Source: Eledone cirrhosa
Taxonomy: Eukaryota
Assembly (NCBI GenBank): GCA_964016885.1
Contig: OZ024741.1
Coordinates: 244,342,001 to 244,406,000 of the forward strand
Direction of reading: 5' to 3'
DNA length: 64,000 nt
The translations under genes were made by a program, and so were the position numbers. The notes below the pieces were generated by a model that was not told where the DNA came from, did no database searches, and was given only the letters and a program-made list of their open reading frames with translations. This document shows positions 1 through 8,400 of this stretch, piece by piece (within the stretch, counting starts at the first letter, position 1; each line of letters opens with the position of its first letter).

Positions 1-3000
1 GGGGTCCTGTTTTTTATTTGGGTGCCCCGTTTTTTTTATGGGGGGGGCCGTTTTTTATTTGGGTGCCCCGTTTTTTATTTGGGTACCCCGTTTTTTATTT
101 GGGTGCCCCGTTTTTTTATGGGGGGGTCCGTTTTCTATTTGGGTGCCCCGTTTTTTTATGGGGGGGGCCGTTTTTTATTTGGGTACCCCGTTTTTTATTT
201 GGGTGCCCCGTTTTTCTATGGGGGGGTCCGTTTTTTATTTGGGTGCCCCGTTTTTTTATGGGGGGGTCCGTTTTTTATTTGGGTGCCCCGTTTTTTTATG
301 GGGGGGGTCCGTTTTTTATTTGGGTGCCCCGTTTTTTATTTGGGTGCCCCGTTTTTTTATGGGGGGTCCCGTTTTTTATTTGGGTGCCCCGTTTTTTATG
401 GGGGGGTCCGTTTTTTATTTGGGTACCCCGTTTTTTATTTGGGTGCCCCGTTTTTTTATGGGGGGGTCCGTTTTTTATTTGGGTGCCCCGTTTTTTTATG
501 GGGGGGGTCCGTTTTTTATTTGGGTGCCCCGTTTTTTTATGGGGGGTCCCGTTTTTTATTTGGGTGCCCCGTTTTTTATGGGGGGGGTCCGTTTTTTATT
601 TGGGTACCCCGTTTTTTATTTGGGTGCCCCGTTTTTTTATGGGGGGGTCCGTTTTTTATTTGGGTGCCCCGTTTTTTTATGGGGGGGTCCGTTTTTTATT
701 TGGGTGCCCCGTTTTTTATTTGGGTGCCCCGTTTTTTTATGGGGGGGATCCGTTTTTTATTTGGGTGCCCCGTTTTATATTTGGGTGCCCCGTTTTTTAT
801 TTGGGTGCCCCGTTTTTTTATGGGGGGGTCCGTTTTTTATCTGGGTAACCCGCTTTTTATTTGGGTACCCCGTTTTTTATTTGGGGTGCCCCGTTTTTTT
901 AGGGGGGGGGTCCGTTTTTTATTTGGGTGCTCCGTTTTTTTATGGGGGGGGGTCCGTTTTTTATTTGGGTACCCCGTTTTTTATTTGGGTGCCCCGTTTT
1001 TTTATGGGGGGGTCCGTTTTTTATTTGGGTGCCCCGTTTTTTTATGGGGGGACCGTTTTTTATCTGGGTACCCCGTTTTTTATTTGGGTACCCCGTTTTT
1101 TTATGGGGGGGTCCTTTTTTTATTTGGGTGCCCCGTTTTTTTATGGCGGGGTCCCGTTTTTTATTTGGGTGCCCCGTTTTTTTATGGGGGGGTCCCGTTT
1201 TTTATTTGGGTGCCCCGTTTTTTTATGGGGGGGGTCCGTTTTTTATTTGGGTACCCCGTTTTTTATTTGGGTGCCCCGTTTTTTTATGGGGGGGGTCCGT
1301 TTTTTATTTGGGTGCCCCGTTTTTTTATGGGGGGGGGTCCGTTTTTTATTTGGGTGCCCCGTTTTTTTATGGGGGGGTCCCGTTTTTTATTTGGGTGCCC
1401 CGTTTTTTTATGGGGGGGTCCGTTTTTGATTTGGGTGCCCCGTTTTTTATTTGGGTACCCCGTTTTTTATTTGGGTGCCCCGTTTTTTTATGGGGGGGTC
1501 CTGTTTTTTATTTGGGTGCCCCGTTTTTTTTATGGGGGGGGCCGTTTTTTATTTGGGTGCCCCGTTTTTTATTTGGGTACCCCGTTTTTTATTTGGGTGC
1601 CCCGTTTTTTTATGGGGGGGATCCGTTTTTTATTTGGGTGCCCCGTTTTATATTTGGGTGCCCCGTTTTTTATTTGGGTGCCCCGTTTTTTTATGGGGGG
1701 GTCCGTTTTTTATCTGGGTAACCCGCTTTTTATTTGGGTAGCCCGTTTTTTATTTGGGTGCCCCGTTTTTTTAGGGGGGGGGTCCGTTTTTTATTTGGGT
1801 GCCCCGTTTTTTTTATGGGGGGGGGTCCGTTTTTTATTTGGGTACCCCGTTTTTTATTTGGGTGCCCCGTTTTTTTATGGGGGGGTCCGTTTTTTATTTG
1901 GGTGCCCCGTTTTTTTATGGGGGGACCGTTTTTTATTTGGGTAGTCCGTTTTTTATTTGGGTGCCCCGTTTTTTTATGGGGGGTCCCGTTTTTTATTTGG
2001 GTGCCCCGTTTTTTTATGGGGGGGGTCCGTTTTTTATTTGGGTACCCCGTTTTTTATTTGGGTGCCCCGTTTTTTTATGGGGGGGTCCGTTTTTTATTTG
2101 GGTGCCCCGTTTTTTTATGGGGGGGTCCGTTTTTTATTTGGGTGCCCCGTTTTTTTATGGGGGGTCCCGTTTTTTATTTGGGTGCCCCGTTTTTTATGGG
2201 GGGGTCCGTTTTTTATTTGGGTACCCCGTTTTTTATTTGGGTGCCCCGTTTTTTTATGGGGGGGTCCGTTTTTTATTTGGGTGCCCCGTTTTTTTATGGG
2301 GGGGTCCGTTTTTTATTTGGGTGCCCCGTTTTTTTATGGGGGGTCCCGTTTTTTATTTGGGTGCCCCGTTTTTTATGGGGGGGGGTCCGTTTTTTATTTG
2401 GGTACCCCGTTTTTTATTTGGGTGCCCCGTTTTTTTATGGGGGGGTCCGTTTTTTATTTGGGTGTCCCGTTTTTTTATGGGGGGGGTCCGTTTTTTATTT
2501 GGGTGCCCCGTTTTTTATTTGGGTGCCCCGTTTTTTTATGGGGGGGATCCGTTTTTTATTTGGGTGCCCCGTTTTATATTTGGGTGCCCCGTTTTTTATT
2601 TGGGTGCCCCGTTTTTTTATGGGGGGGTCCGTTTTTTATCTGGGTAACCCGCTTTTTATTTGGGTACCCCGTTTTTTATTTGGGTGCCCCGTTTTTTTAG
2701 GGGGGGGGGTCCGTTTTTTATTTGGGTGCTCCGTTTTTTTTATGGGGGGGGTCCGTTTTTTATTTGGGTACCCCGTTTTTTATTTGGGTGCCCCGTTTTT
2801 TTATGGGGGGGTCCGTTTTTTATTTGGGTGCCCCGTTTTTTTATGGGGGGACCGTTTTTTATCTGGGTACCCCGTTTTTTATTTGGGTACCCCGTTTTTT
2901 TATGGGGGGGTCCTTTTTTTATTTGGGTGCCCCGTTTTTTTATGGCGGGGTCCCGTTTTTTATTTGGGTGCCCCGTTTTTTTATGGGGGGGTCCCGTTTT

Positions 3001-4696
3001 TTATTTGGGTGCCCCGTTTTTTTATGGGGGGGGTCCGTTTTTTATTTGGGTACCCCGTTTTTTATTTGGGTGCCCCGTTTTTTTATGGGGGGGGTCCGTT
3101 TTTTATTTGGGTGCCCCGTTTTTTTATGGGGGGGTCCGTTTTTTATTTGGGTGCCCCGTTTTTTTATGGGGGGGTCCCGTTTTTTATTTGGGTGCCCCGT
3201 TTTTTTATGGGGGGGGGGTCCGTTTTTTATTTGGGTGCCCCGTTTTTTATTTGGGTGCCCCGTTTTTTTATGGGGGGGGTCCCGTTTTTTATTTGGGTGC
3301 CCCGTTTTTTTATGGGGGGGGTCCGTTTTTTATTTGGGTGCCCAGTTTTTTTATGGGGGGGTCCGTTTTTTATCTGGGTACCCCGTTTTTTATTTGGGTA
3401 CCCCGTTTTTTATTTGGGTGCCCCGTTTTTTTATGGGGGGGTCCGTTTTTTATTTGGGTGCCCCGTTTTTTATTTGGGTGCCCCGTTTTTTTATGGGGGG
3501 GGGCGTTTTTTATTTGGGTGCCCCGTTTTTTTATGGGGGGGTCCGTTTTTTATTTGGGTACCCCGTTTTTTATTTGGGTGCCCCGTTTTTTTATGGGGGG
3601 GTCCGTTTTTTATTTGGGTGCCCCGTTTTTTTATGGGGTGGGTCCGTTTTTTATTTGGGTGCCCCGTTTTTTATTTGGGTGCCCCGTTTTTTTATGGGGG
3701 GGATCCGTTTTTTATTTGGGTGCCCCGTTTTTTATTTGGGTGCCCCGTTTTTTTATGGGGGGTCCGTTTTTTATTTGGGTGCCCCGTTTTTTTATGGGGG
3801 GGTGGGGTCCGTTTTTTATTTGGGTACCCCGTTTTTTATTTGGGTGCCCCGTTTTTTTATGGGGGGGTCCGTTTTTTATTTGGGTACCCCGTTTTTTATT
3901 TGGGTGCCCCGTTTTTTTATGGGGGGGTCCGTTTTTTATTTGGGTGCCCCGTTTTTTTATGGGGGGTCCGTTTTTTATTTGGGTACCCCGTTTTTTATTT
4001 GGGTGCCCCGTTTTTTTATGGGTGGGGTCCGTTTTTTATTTGGATACCCCGTTTTTTATTTGGGTGTCCCGTTTTATTATGGGGGGGGTCCGTTTTTTAT
4101 TTGGATACCCCGTCTTTTATTTGGGTGCTCCGTTATTTTATGGGGGGGTTCGTTTTTTATTCGGGTGCCTCGTTTTTTTATGGGGGGGTCCGTTTTTTAT
4201 TTGGGTGCCCCGTTTTTTTATGGGGGGTCCGTTTTTTATTTGGGTACCCCGTTTTTTATTTGGGTGCCCCGTTTTTTTATGGGGGGGGTCCGTTTTTTAT
4301 TTGGGTGCCCCGTTTTTTTATGGGGGGGTCCGTTTTTTATTTGGGTACCCCGTTTTTTATTTGGGTGCCCCGTTTTTTTATGGGGGGGTCCCGTTTTTTA
4401 TTTGGGTGCCCCGTTTTTTTATGGGGGTGGTCCGTTTTTTATCTGGGTACCCCGTTTTTTATTTGGGTACCCCGTTTTTTATTTGGGTGCCCCGTTTTTT
4501 TATGTGGGGGGTCCGTTTTTTATTTGGGTGCCCCGTTTTTTATTTGGGTGCCCCGTTTTTTTATGGGGGGGATCCGTTTTTTATTTGGGTGCCCCGTTTT
4601 TTATTTGGGTGCCCCGTTTTTTTATGGGGGGGGTCCGTTTTTTATTTGGGTGCCCCGTTTTTTTATGGGGGGGTCCCGTTTTTTATTTGGGTGCCC
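1..4696 (+). repeat. Compound ~20-bp minisatellite (roughly 230 units), truncated by the left window edge
   Basis: Read directly: interspersed subunits A (GTTTTTTATTTGGGTGCCCC), A' (GTTTTTTATTTGGGTACCCC) and B (GTTTTTTTATGGGGGGGTCC), each about 20 bp with variable T- and G-run lengths. The commonest patterns are A-B (40 bp) and A'-A-B (60 bp). The last unit ends ...tttgggtgccc at 4696. Confidence 0.97.
720..3100 (+). repeat. Higher-order repeat within the minisatellite (~0.9 kb sub-period, ~1.8 kb period)
   Basis: Rare variant CTGGGTAACCCGC occurs at 841, 1714 and 2640, each preceded by GGGATCC and TTTTATATTT and followed by TTTAGGGG. ATGGCGGGG (1143, 2942) and GTCCTTTT (1111, 2910) recur at a 1799-bp offset. 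Boundaries are approximate. Confidence 0.85.
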
Positions 4697-5478
4697 ACAC
4701 TCAGCAAATGTGTGTCTGCACATGTACCAGTAATTACAGATCGATCCGCCCACGGGTGGCCGGCCCACGATCGAAAATGTAACTCCGCCGGCAAATCCGC
4801 ATTTTTGTGATTCGTTTCTTCGAAGCACACCATTCGCCGCCGGACTTCAGCTTCCACATTTGGCATGTGCAGCTTTTCTTGAAAATCACACCACACACAG
4901 CCAATCTGTGTCTGCACATGTACCAGTAATTACAGATCGATCCGACCAAGGGCGGCCGGCCCACGATCGAAAAGGTAACTCCGCCGGCAAATCCGCATTT
5001 TTGTGATTCGTTTCTTCGAAGCACACCATTCGCCGCCGGACTTCAGCTTCCTCATTTAGCATGGGCAGCTTTTCTTGAAAATCACACCACACTCAGCAAA
5101 TGTGTGTCTGCACATGTACCAGTAATTACAGATCGATCCGCCCACGGCTGGCCGGCCCACGATCGAAAATGTAACTCCGCCGGCAAATCCGCATTTTTGT
5201 GATTCGTTTCTTCGAAGCACACCATTCGCCGCCGGACTTCAGCTTCCACATTTGACATGGGCAGCTTTTCTTGAAAATCACACCACACTCAGCAAATCTG
5301 TGTCTGCACATGTACCTGTAATTACAGATCGATTCGACCATGGGCGGTCAGCCCACGATCGAAAAGGTAACTCCGCCGGCAAATCCGCATTTTTGTGATT
5401 CGTTTCTTCGAAGCACACCATTCGCCGCCGGACTTCAGCTTCCACATTTAGCATGGGCAGCTTTTCTTGAAAATCACA

Positions 5479-8400
5479 CCACACTCAGCAAATGTGTGTC
5501 TGCACATGTACCAGTAATTACAGATCGATCCGACCACGGGCGGCCTGCCCACGATCGAAGAGGTAACTCCGCAGGCAAATTCGCATTTTTGTGATTCGTT
5601 TCTTCGAAGCACACCATTCGCTGGTGGACTTCAGCTTCCTCATTTAGCATGGGCAGCTTTTCTTGAAAATCACACCACACTCAGCAAATGTGTGTCTGCA
5701 CATGTACCAGTAATTACAGATCGATCGGACCACGGGCGGCCGGCTCACGATCGAAAAGGTAACTCCGCCGGCAAATCCGCATTTTTGTGATTCGTTTCTT
5801 CGAAGCTCACCATTCGCCGCCGGACTTCAGCTTCCTCATTTAGCATGGGCAGCTTTTCTCGAAAATCACAACACACTCAGCAAATGTGTGTCTGCACATG
5901 TACCAGTAATTACAGATCGATCCGACCTGGGGCGGCCGGCCCACGATCGAAAAGGTAACTCCGGCGGCAAATTCGCATTTTTGTGATTCGTTTCTTTGAA
6001 GCACACCATTCGCTGGTGGACTTCAGCTTCCTCATTTAGCATGGGCAGCTTTTCTTGAAAATCACACCACACACAGCCAATGAGTGTCTGCACATGTACC
6101 AGTAATTACAGATCGATACGACCACGGGCGGCCTGCCCACGATCGAAAAGGTAACTCCGCAGGCAAATTCGCATTTTTGTGATTCGTTTCTTCGAAGCAC
6201 ACCATTCGCTGGTGGACTTCAGCTTCGTCATTTAGCATGGGCAGCTTTTCTTGAAAATCACACCACACTCAGCAAATGTGTGTCTGCACATGTACCAGTA
6301 ATTACAGATCGATCCGCCCACGGGTAGCCGGCCCACGATCGAAAATGTAACTCCGCCGGCAAATCCGCATTTTTGTGATTCGTTTCTTCGAAGCACACCA
6401 TTCGCCGCCGGACTTCAGCTTCCACATTTAGCATGGGCAGCTTTTCTTGAAAATCACACCACACTCAGCAAATGTGTGTCTGCACATGTACCAGTAATTA
6501 CAGATCGATCCGCCCACGGGTGGCCGGCCCACGATCGAAAATGTAACTCCGCCGGCAAATCCGCATTTTTGTGATTCGTTTCTTCGAAGCACACCATTCG
6601 CCGCCGGACTTCAGCTTCCACATTTGGCATGTGCAGCTTTTCTTGAAAATCACACCACACACAGCCAATCTGTGTCTGCACATGTACCAGTAATTACAGA
6701 TCGATCCGACCAAGGGCGGCCGGCCCACGATCGAAAAGGTAACTCCGCCGGCAAATCCGCATTTTTGTGATTCGTTTCTTCGAAGCACACCATTCGCTGG
6801 TGGACTTCAGCTTCCTCATTTAGCATGGGCAGCTTTTCTTGAAAATCACACCACACTCAGCAAATGTGTGTCTGCACATGTACCAGTAATTACAGATCGA
6901 TCCGACCACGGGCGGTCAGCCCACGATCGAAAAGGTAACTCCGCCGGCAAATCCGCATTTTTGTGATTCGTTTCTTCGAAGCACACCATTCGCCGCCGGA
7001 CTTCAGCTTCCACATTTAGCATGGGCAGCTTTTCTTGAAAATCACACCACACTCAGCAAATGTGTGTCTGCACATGTACCAGTAATTACAGATCGATCCG
7101 ACCACGGGCGGCCTGCCCACGATCGAAGAGGTAACTCCGCAGGCAAATTCGCATTTTTGTGATTCGTTTCTTCGAAGCACACCATTCGCTGGTGGACTTC
7201 AGCTTCCTCATTTAGCATGGGCAGCTTTTCTTGAAAATCACACCACACTCAGCAAATGTGTGTCTGCACATGTACCAGTAATTACAGATCGATCGGACCA
7301 CGGGCGGCCGGCTCACGATCGAAAAGGTAACTCCGCCGGCAAATCCGCATTTTTGTGATTCGTTTCTTCGAAGCTCACCATTCGCCGCCGGACTTCAGCT
7401 TCCTCATTTAGCATGGGCAGCTTTTCTCGAAAATCACAACACACTCAGCAAATGTGTGTCTGCACATGTACCAGTAATTACAGATCGATCCGACCTGGGG
7501 CGGCCGGCCCACGATCGAAAAGGTAACTCCGGCGGCAAATTCGCATTTTTGTGATTCGTTTCTTTGAAGCACACCATTCGCTGGTGGACTTCAGCTTCCT
7601 CATTTAGCATGGGCAGCTTTTCTTGAAAATCACAGCACACACAGCCAATGAGTGTCTGCACATGTACCAGTAATTACAGATCGATACGCCCACGGGCGGC
7701 CTGCCCACGATCGAAAAGGTAACTCCGCAGGCAAATTCGCATTTTTGTGATTCGTTTCTTCGAAGCACACCATTCGCTGGTGGACTTCAGCTTCCTCATT
7801 TAGCATGGGCAGCTTTTCTTGAAAATCATACCACAATCAGCAAATGTGTGTCTGCAGATGTACCAGTAATTACAGATCGATCCGACCACGGGCGGTCAGC
7901 CCACGATCGAAAAGGTAACTCCGCCGGCAAATCCGCATTTTTGTGATTCGTTTCTTCGAAGCACACCATTCGCCGCCGGACTTCAGCTTCCACATTTAGC
8001 ATGGGCAGCTTTTTTTGAAAATCACACCACACTCAGCAAATGTGTGTCTGCACATGTACCAGTAATTACAGATCGATCCGCCCACGGGTGGCCGGCCCAC
8101 GATCGAAAATGTAACTCCGCCGGCAAATCCGCATTTTTGTGATTCGTTTCTTCGAAGCACACCATTCGCCGCCGGACTTCAGCTTCCACATTTGGCATGT
8201 GCAGCTTTTCTTGAAAATCACACCACACACAGCCAATCTGTGTCTTCACATGTACCAGTAATTACAGATCGATCCGACCAAGGGCGGCCGGCCCACGATC
8301 GAAAAGGTAACTCCGCCGGCAAATCCGCATTTTTGTGATTCGTTTCTTCGAAGCACACCATTCGCTGGTGGACTTCAGCTTCCTCATTTAGCATGGGCAG

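Noticed and set aside
18-4810. Long + strand ORFs (up to 999 aa) rich in G/F/P/V/W
   Set aside because: Open in all three frames because the A-poor repeat rarely forms stop codons. The same peptides appear in every frame through homopolymer shifts, and there is no domain or coding signature.
4819-4835. CENP-B box (TTCGnnnnAnnCGGG)
   Set aside because: TTCGAAGCA fits the first part but CCAT replaces CGGG. Other TTCG sites on either strand also fail.
4816-4884. STAT-like TTCnnnGAA and HSE-like TTCnnGAA motifs in each monomer
   Set aside because: Six-base-information motifs are expected by chance, the HSE lacks a third unit, and the host is unknown.
4695-4890. 5S rRNA, tRNA or tRNA-derived SINE tandem array
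   Set aside because: No recognisable 5S conserved blocks, no GTTCRANNC B-box with a matching A-box, and no cloverleaf on either strand by eye. An Rfam/tRNAscan run would be decisive.
4695-4890. Trypanosoma cruzi 195-bp satellite (similar length)
   Set aside because: Only short word-level resemblance (GCCCAC..GGGTG) to the sequence as I recall it, with no collinear similarity. This rests on memory and should be confirmed by BLAST.
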